Positions 48,762-58,084 of a stretch of 64,000 nucleotides of DNA are shown here, piece by piece (position 1 is the first letter of the stretch; the number at the start of each line of letters is the position of its first letter). The notes beneath the pieces were generated by a model. The model saw only the letters and a list, made by a program, of their open reading frames with translations. It searched no databases and was not told the DNA's origin. Made by a program: the position numbers and the translations under genes. This DNA comes from an uncultured virus (IMG/VR IMGVR_UViG_3300042090_002752) (Duplodnaviria > Heunggongvirae > Uroviricota > Caudoviricetes), in the IMG/VR virus record IMGVR_UViG_3300042090_002752; one strand, written 5' to 3'.

Positions 48762-49207
48762 TCGCTCCACCTCTTGTGCGCCGCCAGGAGATACGCCTGC
48801 ACGAAGTGGCAGGCAGCCTGGCGGCTGGAACAGAAAAATACCGGGATCCGAAAGTCGAGGATGATGGCGAGCGCGCTGCCGAGTACCGCGCTTGGGTGCG
48901 CCTCGCCGCGATAGCGCCGCTGCAGGACATCGATGAGGCCGGCCTCCACCACCACGCACGCCGCCCGGTACTCGGCGAGCTTCCGCAATTCCCGGTAAAA
49001 GCGCTCGCGGGAATGAATGACGGTGGAGACGAAATCGTCGAGACTCTTCCGCTCCACCGCCACCACCCCCTCGAGGCCCGCCACAGAGTAATCCCCGGCC
49101 GGCAACGCGCGACGCTCGCTGCCGGCCAATTGGGGATCGAAGGAGTAAGGTTCCTGCTCGCGCGTGTCGGTGATGATTGTTGCGGGTCCCGGATTAGAAC
49201 GGGACAA
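48758..49207 (-). CDS. ERCC4-domain nuclease
   Basis: DTREQEP...L.AGDYS....AVERKS..D...RF.REL. Confidence 0.92.
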   Translation of the reverse strand: MSRSNPGPATIITDTREQEPYSFDPQLAGSERRALPAGDYSVAGLEGVVAVERKSLDDFVSTVIHSRERFYRELRKLAEYRAACVVVEAGLIDVLQRRYRGEAHPSAVLGSALAIILDFRIPVFFCSSRQAACHFVQAYLLAAHKRWSE

Positions 49208-49652
49208 GAGCGTCGCCGGCCTCCTGCCGGAAGCTGCCAGGCGCGCGGTCGTTGTCGATACAGCGATTGAAGAAGATGTTTTCGTTGTCGCCCTTGGTCT
49301 TCTTCGTGACCTCGAGCTTCACGTCGAGCAGGCGCCGGAGATGATTCGGCAGCTCCGACAGCCGCTCGAGATCCAGGCCGCAGATGTGCAGGTCGCCCTT
49401 CAAGTACTTGAGGGTCTTCTGCGTGATGACGCTGTTGCGCCACATCAGCCGGTTCACGTGTTGCGGCGCGATGACGCGCAGCGTCCACTTCAGCATCGGG
49501 TTGCCCGAGGTGTGCGCTTCGGTCAGTTCGACCTTCTCGACGTTCACCTGATACTTGCCGTCGGGCACGCTGTCGTAGTCACTGCGCTCGGCGGCTTCCT
49601 CCGAGCGAAAGCCCGCGTCGAATTGAGACAGGTCAATTGGTTTGTTACTCAT
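49194..49652 (-). CDS. DUF669 ssDNA-binding-like protein
   Basis: VPDGKYQV.VEKVE.....SGNPML.W; C-terminal ..VPF. Confidence 0.85.
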   Translation of the reverse strand: MSNKPIDLSQFDAGFRSEEAAERSDYDSVPDGKYQVNVEKVELTEAHTSGNPMLKWTLRVIAPQHVNRLMWRNSVITQKTLKYLKGDLHICGLDLERLSELPNHLRRLLDVKLEVTKKTKGDNENIFFNRCIDNDRAPGSFRQEAGDALVPF

Positions 49653-49674
49653 GCTGGTTACTCCTGTTGAGAAT

Positions 49675-50427
49675 TCACTTCGCCGCAGACGCTCGGGTGG
49701 TTTGCGGCTTCAATGGCGTGACCGCCGTATTGAAGGCTTCGAAAAACTTGGCAAAGTCGAGGTCGAGTGTTTCCGGCAACCGCCCGGTCCGGTCGCCGGC
49801 CTCGTAGTCGCGGCTCGGCTTGGTGCGGATGACGCGCCTCATCCTCTGTTCGCCGCCGTCGCCAACGCTGGTTTCCAAATCACAGTACAAAACCATGTCG
49901 ACCATGCCGAGCACGATCTTGCGGGCTTTGTCGGGCAGGGTCGGTACGATCCGCGTGTACTTGCCGGTGCGCGTCTCCACTTCGATTTGCTTCGCGTGGG
50001 AGACCAGGAAGAGCCCGTAGGGCAGGAACGCCAGCTTCGTCAGGACACGCTGGAATTCGTTGTTGACGATGGCGTAACCCTTGCCGTAGCCGAGGTCCGA
50101 CTCGTGTTCGATCTTGAACTTCTTGAGGATGTAGTCGGTGCAGAACTTGTAGGCATTGTCGACGGTGTCGATGATCACCGTCTTGAAGGGATGCTGGCCG
50201 GCGACGATCTCGGCGCAGGCATCGAGCAGTTCATCCCAGGTCTGGATCGGCACCTGGAAAACGTCGAGCGCATTCAAGCCGGGCTCGGTGGCCAGGAATA
50301 ATGCGCCGTCTGCATGGGAGCAGAAATCCGACTTCCCGATCTTCGTCTGCCCGTAAGCGAGCACGGTCAGATCAGCGAGGTTCGGTTTGGGCGCGGTCTT
50401 AGCAGTTGGTAATGATAATGATGGCAT
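49675..50427 (-). CDS. AAA_24 / Sak4-like ATPase
   Basis: YGQTKIGKS, ATEPGL, TVIIDTVD, GYGKG and SH motifs. Confidence 0.9.
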   Translation of the reverse strand: MPSLSLPTAKTAPKPNLADLTVLAYGQTKIGKSDFCSHADGALFLATEPGLNALDVFQVPIQTWDELLDACAEIVAGQHPFKTVIIDTVDNAYKFCTDYILKKFKIEHESDLGYGKGYAIVNNEFQRVLTKLAFLPYGLFLVSHAKQIEVETRTGKYTRIVPTLPDKARKIVLGMVDMVLYCDLETSVGDGGEQRMRRVIRTKPSRDYEAGDRTGRLPETLDLDFAKFFEAFNTAVTPLKPQTTRASAAK

Positions 50428-50442
50428 TTCGATGGATCTCCT

Positions 50443-51489
50443 TTAGAAGGCCGGTTCGTTCGTTGTTGCGGGCAATACGCGCAGTTCCTCGTTGGGCGCC
50501 ACGCGCTGGTAGAAGTTGTCGCGGACGTTGGGATTGCCGCCCGAGCGGCACAGCGCGAAGTAGGCGCAAGGCCGCTGGTAGTTGAAGCAGAACGCGGTGT
50601 TCTGGTAGAAGACGCCGCGCCGGCGCGCGTCGAGGAAGGCCTGCGTCAGCTCCCACAATTCGCTGCGCAGGATGTCGAAGCGGTCCCGCGAGAGATAGAG
50701 CATCTCGCGGTGGAACATGAGCGGATCGGCGTACTTCTCCGCCAGGCGTTGCTGGAACTCCTCATCGGATTCAGGCAGCTTGCGCTTCGCCGTCGTCTTA
50801 CCCGTCTTCGATTTCGCCAGTAGCTCGGCGCGCCGCTCCTGGTACTCGTCTTCGGTCTCACCCTTGCTCTGTTGCAGGCGGGCCTTCACCAGGACGTTGT
50901 AGAGGATGCCGGTGATGGGGATGCCGAGGGTCTGCTCGATATAATGCGCGTACAGCGTGATCTGGAAATCGGTCCAGAGCTTCTCCAGGTAGTCGGCATC
51001 CAGCTGCGCTGCCGTTTTGTGTTCCAGCACGAAGTACTCGCCGCCGATGCGCACGATGCCGTCGATCTTGCCGGCCAGCACAAAGCTGCGGGATGCCGCC
51101 CCAGTCGCCGGATTGAGGATCGGGCCTTCGAACGTTTTCTCCAGCGCGACAATCTCGAACTCTTCCGTGGGATAGCGCTCGGCGTAGCCGCGCATCATCG
51201 CCGTGGCATTGAGCCAATCGCGCTTCTGGTCTTCGTCCTGCCCCCGGTTGGGGCAAAGCCGGTCGATCCGGTCGAGCACCTTCGCGAGATCGCGTTCGCC
51301 GTGCCAGAGTTCAAGGCACTCGTGGATCAACGAGCCGAAGTGCAGGTTATGGTCGCGCAGAAGCGGTACGAGCTGTTCGATGTAGCGCCAGTCCACCGCC
51401 TTACGGCAGCTCCGGAACAGCGCCCACATCGAGTAGGTGGACACCATCGGCGCGGTCCGGACAGGTTGCTGTCCACATTCGTGGGTCAT
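50443..51489 (-). CDS. PD-(D/E)XK nuclease (AddB/Cas4-like)
   Basis: FGSLIH, GKIDG...LEHKT, QITLY and C-terminal C...C...C motifs. Confidence 0.9.
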   Translation of the reverse strand: MTHECGQQPVRTAPMVSTYSMWALFRSCRKAVDWRYIEQLVPLLRDHNLHFGSLIHECLELWHGERDLAKVLDRIDRLCPNRGQDEDQKRDWLNATAMMRGYAERYPTEEFEIVALEKTFEGPILNPATGAASRSFVLAGKIDGIVRIGGEYFVLEHKTAAQLDADYLEKLWTDFQITLYAHYIEQTLGIPITGILYNVLVKARLQQSKGETEDEYQERRAELLAKSKTGKTTAKRKLPESDEEFQQRLAEKYADPLMFHREMLYLSRDRFDILRSELWELTQAFLDARRRGVFYQNTAFCFNYQRPCAYFALCRSGGNPNVRDNFYQRVAPNEELRVLPATTNEPAF

Positions 51490-51515
51490 AGTAGTTCGCT
51501 CCCAGACGCTTGCTC

Positions 51516-52556
51516 TTACACTTCGCGGCGGGTGCCACCCTGGTAGGGATCGGGTGGGACCAGCCGCCGCGTCCGTTTGCCCGAATTGATGTGATCCACG
51601 ATGAGACGGGTGAGCAGCCCGATGCTCGCCCCGCTGCACGCGATCGCTCGGACGTTCGGGTCGTTCAGTGCGAACTGGCCGATCTTCTTCTGCATGTCAC
51701 GGTCGATGCGGAGGCTCTTGCCGGACCAGAACGTCGGATACTCGGAGATCACGTCGGCGAGCGCGGACAGGAAGCCCATCTTCAGGTGGGTGGCCCGATC
51801 CTTGTAGAGAATCCCGCGCACACCCCAACTGCTGTCCAGCAACTCGAAGAAGGTTTTGATGTTGTCGATCATCGTGGCGGAGCCCACGTTGGCCATCATG
51901 GGCGGCAGCGCCTGCCAAATCGCGGGTAGCGTGACGTACCGTCCCGCCCCGAATTTGGAATGGAGCCGCATCACCGTCTTCAGGAAAGACAGTGCCGTCA
52001 TCAATTCCTCGCGCCGCATGTATTGCGACCACGAGACACGCTGGTAAAGCACGAACGATTCGTCGCGGCAGAGATCACGCAGGCGGCCGAGCGACGGACA
52101 CTGCGCGGCGCGATTGCGAATCAGGACATTCGGGGAGAGCCGCGTTCTGCGCATGTTCAGGATGTCAAAACGCTCTCGTTCCCATTCCTCGCTCGTCGCA
52201 AAGTGGATCATCGCCCCGACCAGTGGCTTGCCGCCGTCAAGCATGAACTGTTTGGCGGCGCTGATGCGCTGGAGGCCGTCGATGATGTACACCTCGCCGC
52301 TGATCGTGTATGTTCCGTCGGCATCGGTGCATCCGTAGCGTTCGCCACGGACCGCGAGCTCCACATCGGGCACGCGCCCCGAACTGCCGCGGAATGCCTC
52401 CATCAACTCCTGGATCTTGGCTTTCCGTAACGTCTCGCGCTGGTAGGCCGGCTTGAGCAAACCGCCCAGCGACACGGGGTCGATCACCCCGCGCAATACA
52501 ATCTGGCCGTCCGTTAATTCGTCCAGCGCACCGGACAGAACTCTTAGTTGCGTCAC
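51516..52556 (-). CDS. ParB/Srx-fold (DGQHR/DndB-like) protein
   Basis: PAYQRE, YIIDGLQR.SA and E.ERF..LN motifs. Confidence 0.7.
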   Translation of the reverse strand: MTQLRVLSGALDELTDGQIVLRGVIDPVSLGGLLKPAYQRETLRKAKIQELMEAFRGSSGRVPDVELAVRGERYGCTDADGTYTISGEVYIIDGLQRISAAKQFMLDGGKPLVGAMIHFATSEEWERERFDILNMRRTRLSPNVLIRNRAAQCPSLGRLRDLCRDESFVLYQRVSWSQYMRREELMTALSFLKTVMRLHSKFGAGRYVTLPAIWQALPPMMANVGSATMIDNIKTFFELLDSSWGVRGILYKDRATHLKMGFLSALADVISEYPTFWSGKSLRIDRDMQKKIGQFALNDPNVRAIACSGASIGLLTRLIVDHINSGKRTRRLVPPDPYQGGTRREV

Positions 52557-53458
52557 TTTAATTCCTCCTGAATTTCCAACCTGGATGCGTTTAGCGGATC
52601 GGCGGCAAGTGCCTTCCGCTCGATTTCCGTGCTCGCCGCGGCGATGGCGTCGGTGGCTTTCCGCAGCAGCAGTTCCGCCTCGTCAAATTCGCCGACGGCT
52701 TCACCCAGCCAGCCGACCAGATGGGCGAGGTGTTTCGTGGCTTCGATGAACGTGAGAGTCGATCGGGTTAGTCGGTCGATCCGTTGCGCCCGGGTTGCCC
52801 GGCCGGACACTGGCAGAGCCTGCTCCGCCAAGTCCGTAGCGTCACTTGCTGCAACCGGTGGAGGAGAATCGGTCTGATGTGCTTGCGGCGTGTTTGGAGC
52901 ACGCCGGAATCTCGTCGGGACTGAGGTCGATTTCGTGGCCCGCACGGCAGTGCCGATGTTGCTGACTTCGGTAGTGCGACCGTCCAGTCCCGTGCGTGTG
53001 GACGACTGCGGAATTTCCGCAGTCAGCCGCTCCCGCCAACCGCGCACCGTGCCTTCGTCGACACCGACGTGTGCAGCGATCCGGCGATTGCTCAATTGCA
53101 CACCGTTCGAATGCAAGAGCGCCGCCTTTACTGCACGCTGCTTATCCTCGTTCGTGCGCCGGAGCCCCGTGGCCTTATTCGCGCCGAAGCTGTACCACTG
53201 GGCGTCTTGCTGCGTCCCCTGGCGCAGATCACAAGCGATGTTCTCCACACCGGATTGCTCCGCGGCTTTCACCCGGTGGAATCCATCAGCGAGCCAATAA
53301 TTGGCGCCGTCGTAGAACACGACCACGGGTGGAAAGATCGCCCCGCCAGCCATCGCGGCCATATAATCAACGACCGCTTCAAAGTCGATCGTGGCGCGCG
53401 GTTGGGTACCTCCATCCAGACGGATGTTGCTGATCGGGAGGCTCTCTCCTTGTTTCAC
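52553..53458 (-). CDS. ParB-like protein with HTH
   Basis: TQPRA, FPPVVVF, LADGFHRVKA; SNRRIAAHVGVDEGTV HTH. Confidence 0.85.
   Translation of the reverse strand: MKQGESLPISNIRLDGGTQPRATIDFEAVVDYMAAMAGGAIFPPVVVFYDGANYWLADGFHRVKAAEQSGVENIACDLRQGTQQDAQWYSFGANKATGLRRTNEDKQRAVKAALLHSNGVQLSNRRIAAHVGVDEGTVRGWRERLTAEIPQSSTRTGLDGRTTEVSNIGTAVRATKSTSVPTRFRRAPNTPQAHQTDSPPPVAASDATDLAEQALPVSGRATRAQRIDRLTRSTLTFIEATKHLAHLVGWLGEAVGEFDEAELLLRKATDAIAAASTEIERKALAADPLNASRLEIQEELK
53004..53026. promoter_or_regulatory. Palindromic site GACTGCGGAATTTCCGCAGTC (copy 2, inside the parB-like gene)
   Basis: Identical to 42329-42351. Confidence 0.6.
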
Positions 53459-53997
53459 TGGGCACCTCCGGCAACGAAGTAGTTGGGACCAATTCCGGCC
53501 GCCAGGAAGGCCTTGCGGATGTGGGCAATGTGCTCGTACACAACCGACCTAGCTGTGCCGAGAGTCTCGCTCGCCTCAGTCGGGGAACCGCATCGCAATG
53601 CCCGCACCGTCTTCCGCAAATGTGCCGGCAGAGTCCTCACGACTTTGCCCACGTCGAGCCAGAACTCGGCGCAATCGGCCGAGGATGGCGCGGTGTCCTG
53701 GGCTAGGTCGGCAATGGCGTCGCCGTCAATCAGATCGGGACGTCCCAGCTGCAGGCGGCACCGAGCCAAGCGGTAGCGCAAGATCGCTGCGATCTCCCGG
53801 TCCATCACGCGGCAAATGAAGGTGCGCTTTGAGGCGCGATCGGCGTCAAAGTTGCGCATCTGTGAGCAGACGGCCAGCAAGAGCTGAGATTCGACGTCTT
53901 CCCGGTCATCCGCAGTCAGCCCGCACTGCCCGATGACGGCTTTTGCCCTGAGACGTGCCAGGCTGCGCACAGCTTGGATGGCGGAGTCATTCATCAT
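53455..53997 (-). CDS. Sigma-70/ECF-like factor
   Basis: Region 2-like DREDVESQLLL...FD..RASKRTF; region 4 HTH SPTEASETLGTARSVVYEHI. Confidence 0.75.
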   Translation of the reverse strand: MMNDSAIQAVRSLARLRAKAVIGQCGLTADDREDVESQLLLAVCSQMRNFDADRASKRTFICRVMDREIAAILRYRLARCRLQLGRPDLIDGDAIADLAQDTAPSSADCAEFWLDVGKVVRTLPAHLRKTVRALRCGSPTEASETLGTARSVVYEHIAHIRKAFLAAGIGPNYFVAGGAQ

Positions 53998-54347
53998 GAC
54001 CGCCCTCCGCGCTTCGGTGCCCCCAGCTCCACCTCCATCGACAGCGGCAGGCCATGGCGGACCTCGAGTATCCGGATTTCACCCACATCCACGCTGCGGG
54101 TGTACTCGAAGAATTCGGCCACCTGGCTTTTCAGTTCGTACTCGGCAGGACGAAATGGGCGGCCGCGGCTCCCTTCCACGCTGAACTTCACATCGCGCAC
54201 GGCCACCGGCCACGGGTCGAGAACGAGCTGGCCATCTTGGATCTGGAGAAACTCAAAACGGCCAAAGGCCATGTCCCGCATGGCGGCGAGAAAACGATGT
54301 TCAGACGGCGAGAGGTCTCCGGCAAAGCCCGGCTTGGGCGCACTCAT
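53994..54347 (-). CDS. Conserved hypothetical protein
   Basis: ATGA overlaps on both sides; FGRFE.L.I..G.LV...LEVRHGLP motif. Confidence 0.75.
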   Translation of the reverse strand: MSAPKPGFAGDLSPSEHRFLAAMRDMAFGRFEFLQIQDGQLVLDPWPVAVRDVKFSVEGSRGRPFRPAEYELKSQVAEFFEYTRSVDVGEIRILEVRHGLPLSMEVELGAPKRGGRS

Positions 54348-54595
54348 TGCCCGGCCTCCGGTGTCAATTCTCCGCCGCTCGGCCGTGTCGCCAGCCAGCC
54401 GCGGATGTCTTCCAGGCGATAGCGGACCGCCGCGCCAACCTTGATGTAGCGGGGGCCTTGATTCAGCAGGCGCCAGCGGCGAATCGCCGCCACACTGAGC
54501 CCGCAAATTTCGGCTACTTCAGCTTCGGCAAGCAGCGGCTCCACCAATTGGCTAGCCGCTGCGATGGATTGTTTGTTGGGTCGAGTTGCAGCCAC
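54344..54595 (-). CDS. AlpA/excisionase-like HTH protein
   Basis: LL.EAEVAEICGLSVAAIRRWR...GP.YIKVG..VRYR.EDI..WL. Confidence 0.9.
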   Translation of the reverse strand: MAATRPNKQSIAAASQLVEPLLAEAEVAEICGLSVAAIRRWRLLNQGPRYIKVGAAVRYRLEDIRGWLATRPSGGELTPEAGQ

Positions 54596-54632
54596 GGAAT
54601 GAGCTTCGCCGATGGCTGCGGTAAGAGGTCAA

Positions 54633-54719
54633 GGTAGGAAATGAGGTAGGAAGGGTAGGAAAATCTCGGCCGGAAAAGCCGCCTTAGGGTAGGGAAAGGT
54701 AGGAAGGGAATTCCTACCT
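54633..54719. promoter_or_regulatory. GGTAGGAA repeat array upstream of the early operon
   Basis: Copies at 54633, 54645, 54654, 54688 (variant) and 54698; inverted TTCCTACC at 54711. Confidence 0.7.
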
Positions 54720-54807
54720 CCGCGTTTCAAGGAGTTGCCGAAGCCGCAGTCATCAACCGTGCACTAACACCACGGAGCTTCCAACGAACGAGAAACGCCG
54801 CGAGTGG

Positions 54808-56175
54808 TCAATGAGCTGGCACCGAGTGTCTCCTGATGGTCGGCCGCTTGATCTCTATTTCATTGGTTTCGCCCTGGTACCTGCGCGTCTTCGCCAACTC
54901 CTCAGAGGCTGTCTGGTTCCTCGGGTCAAGGTCTATCGCCTTCTGGAACATGGCGATCGCTTTCTTATAGTCTTGTTGCTTTCGAAGAGCCAAGCCGAGG
55001 TAGAGATAGGCCTTTGAGTTCTTTGGATCTAGTTCTATCGCCTTGTCGAGTTCAATGATCGCGTCTTCCAGTTTTCCCTTGCCCAAGACTGCCATTCCCA
55101 AGCTAAGTTGAGCCACTGAGTAACTCGGATCTAATTTGAGCGCCTCCCTGAACTTGGCGATGGCATCATCGAACTTCTCCTTCTCGGCCAACGCAGCGCC
55201 CCAGCCAACATACGATTGCGGGTCCTTCGGATCCAATCTCGTCGCCATCTGGTGTTTTGCGATGGCCTCCTCGAAACGCCCCTCGATGCCGAGGACATTA
55301 CCCCAGTTGTTGTATGCTTTCACATTCGATGGATTTAGCTCTATCGCCTTCTGGTAGTTTGCTTTCGCCTCTTTCCAATTCCTCTGATCGTTGTTTACAT
55401 TGCCCAAGAGGTTGTACGCCGCAGAACGCTGGACTGGGCCTTGGTCCGGATCCCTTATGATCACCCGGGCGAGTTCGATCGATTGCTCATACTGCTGGGT
55501 CTGACGTCGATACACCGCAAGGACGTAAGGGTTGGCTTGTCTCAGGGCCTCCTCCGCGGCCCGCTGAATCAATGAGTTGAGGTCTCCCAGCAGCCCTTCA
55601 ACAGTGGCAGGCTGGCTAGGATTCCATCCATGCGAAACGTAGATGGTAATCCGGGCAATACGGCTCTCAGGATTAGGGCTGGGGGATGTGTCCAAGACAA
55701 TATCGCCCTCGATATGCCTGACCGGTCTCTTGAAAAGAGCCTGAAGCAGCCTGACAGGCTCCGCGGTAAACACGCCACCTACATGGACCTCCTCGATGGG
55801 CATGGAGTCAACGTCGCGCTTCTGCGCCACGCTGTCTTTCTTCATCTTGGTTCGCGTCTGCTCTTCGATGCGGCGGATTGCATCGCCGATCCGGCTAGCA
55901 ACCACGTCGCCGTACAGTCCTCGGTCTTGCAAGATCTTCGGAGCGTCGAAGGGATCAACGATTAGGGCATCTCGAGTGACTTCCACGTAGAGATACCGCG
56001 CCACCGCCAGCATAGCTATGAAGATCAACACTCGAATTATGATCTTGAGCCATTCCCACGCGATCTCCGGGATCGAGCGCATTCGCATTACCAAGTGCTT
56101 GGCGGGTGCGTTAGGTCGGTGGTCAGGGTTGTGGTGAGGATGGTGGTAATGAGGCTGATGAGAATTAAGTTTCAT
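54808..56175 (-). CDS. Membrane-anchored TPR-repeat protein (moron; start uncertain)
   Basis: TM helix then ~6 TPRs (AYNNWGNVL...AIELNP, AIELDPKNSKAY); lower GC. Confidence 0.88.
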   Translation of the reverse strand: MKLNSHQPHYHHPHHNPDHRPNAPAKHLVMRMRSIPEIAWEWLKIIIRVLIFIAMLAVARYLYVEVTRDALIVDPFDAPKILQDRGLYGDVVASRIGDAIRRIEEQTRTKMKKDSVAQKRDVDSMPIEEVHVGGVFTAEPVRLLQALFKRPVRHIEGDIVLDTSPSPNPESRIARITIYVSHGWNPSQPATVEGLLGDLNSLIQRAAEEALRQANPYVLAVYRRQTQQYEQSIELARVIIRDPDQGPVQRSAAYNLLGNVNNDQRNWKEAKANYQKAIELNPSNVKAYNNWGNVLGIEGRFEEAIAKHQMATRLDPKDPQSYVGWGAALAEKEKFDDAIAKFREALKLDPSYSVAQLSLGMAVLGKGKLEDAIIELDKAIELDPKNSKAYLYLGLALRKQQDYKKAIAMFQKAIDLDPRNQTASEELAKTRRYQGETNEIEIKRPTIRRHSVPAH

Positions 56176-56523
56176 CGTGAATCAGCCGGGATTTCCATTT
56201 TCGGATTTCCAGAAGGGTTCAGTATACATTCATTTGGTCTGATTGGTGTTGCGTACCAGTTTGAATGAGAGTATAGCGCTGGGAGTGATGGTGTGGGGGA
56301 CTGGGCTTCGAGGCTTGGCCTTCGCCTGGATATCAGCTTCTTCCCGGCCGAGGAGCACCGGGGGCCAGGCCGAGCGCAAGCGAGTTCAGCGGCTGAGCCT
56401 GGACGCCGGCCGCGGTTCGGCCGTAGGGATGATGCTCCAGGCGAAGGTCGGCTCAGTCGGTCTAGCACGCTGTCCCAGTCATAACGTTACTACGCGTGAT
56501 CCGTCAAATGATGTCCAATAATC

Positions 56524-56640
56524 ATGAGACGGAGACATTGTGTGCTGTGCGTGACCAAGGAGCAACGGGAGGAATTGAACAAGTGGGCGGCATCCCGCAC
56601 GCTGCCCGCGGGTGACGTGTTTCGGGCACGGCTGATCCCG
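56524..56640 (+). pseudogene. IS630-family transposase N-terminal remnant
   Basis: MRRRH....TKEQREELNKWAASRTLPAGDVFRARLI, then the similarity stops. Confidence 0.6.
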
Positions 56641-56680
56641 GCAAGCTCGGCCATCCATACACGACGACCGAGGGCTGGCT

Positions 56681-57514
56681 TCACCCGCCCGATACCTCCG
56701 CGGGCATCGCTCCGTTGGCCACCAGCGGGGTCTCTCCGGAAAGCACGCTTTCGATTCGCTGTGACATCACGGACTCTACACCGAGCGTCCCGCGCCGCCA
56801 GCGTTGCATGTCGGGCTTGTAGATCTCAGCAGCTTCGCACACCGCTGCAATTGTGGCGTCGTTCGCGGTGAGAAATGCCTGCAGCCGTGCTTCGCGCTGC
56901 GGCGCAAGTTCATGCGCGCTGCAATCCTGGACGGATACTTCGGCAGCGATTGCGCCTGGATCACCAATTGGAGGGCCGGTGTGCTCCTGCGCGGGCGCCG
57001 CCGACACCTCAATATTTAGATTGGCCGCGTGGCGTTGCCACGCCTCCAGGTCCAGCCGAGCTACTTCGCCGGCCACTTCGGTTCGCACCAACTGGTGGAA
57101 GTCCGCTACAGCCTGGTCGATCTTCCCTGCCGACAGCGAGTCGTAAGGTTGCAGTTTCCGTTGATAGGTCCGGTCTGCCACGATCCAGGCGCATTCCCTC
57201 AGGAAATCCTCGAACTCGGCTGCCTGGCGGATCTCGCCCAGCGCGGCCTCGCCATAGGCGGGGATGATCTTGGCGGCGTAGCGCACTCCAGCCTGCCAGT
57301 GGGGCGGGACGATAGCGGCTATGCGAGATGGGTGGCAGTCTCCGAGCCCGTCCATCCAGTTGCGCCAGTTGGCTGTAACCTCTCGCGATCGAAATTCCAC
57401 TTCCGCCCTTGCGCGCGCTATCTGCACGGCGGCTGATGACGACAGAGATCGCATGCGCGCCTCGGTTGCGTCTCTAGGTGTCTGGAAGAAGCTGACGTAC
57501 CCACCAGTGTCCAT
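56681..57514 (-). CDS. Hypothetical protein with a C-terminal HTH-like motif
   Basis: GAGG RBS; TIAAVCEAAEIYKPDMQRWRRG resembles an XRE HTH. Confidence 0.65.
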   Translation of the reverse strand: MDTGGYVSFFQTPRDATEARMRSLSSSAAVQIARARAEVEFRSREVTANWRNWMDGLGDCHPSRIAAIVPPHWQAGVRYAAKIIPAYGEAALGEIRQAAEFEDFLRECAWIVADRTYQRKLQPYDSLSAGKIDQAVADFHQLVRTEVAGEVARLDLEAWQRHAANLNIEVSAAPAQEHTGPPIGDPGAIAAEVSVQDCSAHELAPQREARLQAFLTANDATIAAVCEAAEIYKPDMQRWRRGTLGVESVMSQRIESVLSGETPLVANGAMPAEVSGG

Positions 57515-57610
57515 AACCTCAACCTACCCCACTACCGGGCGGCGAACAAGAGACGAACTCGATCTCCACAGGGTATCTTCTTCATATGGCTTAACAAAAG
57601 AGTTTTCGGT

Positions 57611-58084
57611 CTAAGTAGCTGTGTATTTCTGGGCAAATTGACCCGCCTGATCTATTGATACTAAAGGTATTGCATCATTCTTGGGCTCCGCGAGTAGGTT
57701 GCGCCACATTCGTCTCTGCACCTCCCAATCAACCTGACCGGCCAGCTTTCGCAGCCCGCGCTCAGGGGGTAGGAAGCCAGAAGGAAACAGTAACTGTTCC
57801 TGGATGTCTGGTGCCAGATTCGAGAGATTCATCACCTGCGTCATCCGGGCCCGGGTGACGTAACCCAGCCTGGCGATGTCGGCATAGTCGCGGAGTTCCC
57901 CGCAATCCACCAGCCCCTGATACTTGACTGCGAGCGCCATCAACCGGGTGACCCTCTGCGTCCGTGGGGATGCTGCTGGCCGTGCCACCTCTCCCGAGCC
58001 CACCTTACCGCCCGACCGCCTGGGCAGATCAAGCGTGATCTCGACTTCCATCGGCGGTACGTTGGGCTTTGAATTGCGCTTCAT
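57611..58084 (-). CDS. Recombinase-associated HTH-like protein
   Basis: RLMALA...G...DYADIARLGYVTRARMTQVMNL.NLAPDIQE.LL; ATGA overlap with the recombinase. Confidence 0.8.
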   Translation of the reverse strand: MKRNSKPNVPPMEVEITLDLPRRSGGKVGSGEVARPAASPRTQRVTRLMALAVKYQGLVDCGELRDYADIARLGYVTRARMTQVMNLSNLAPDIQEQLLFPSGFLPPERGLRKLAGQVDWEVQRRMWRNLLAEPKNDAIPLVSIDQAGQFAQKYTAT

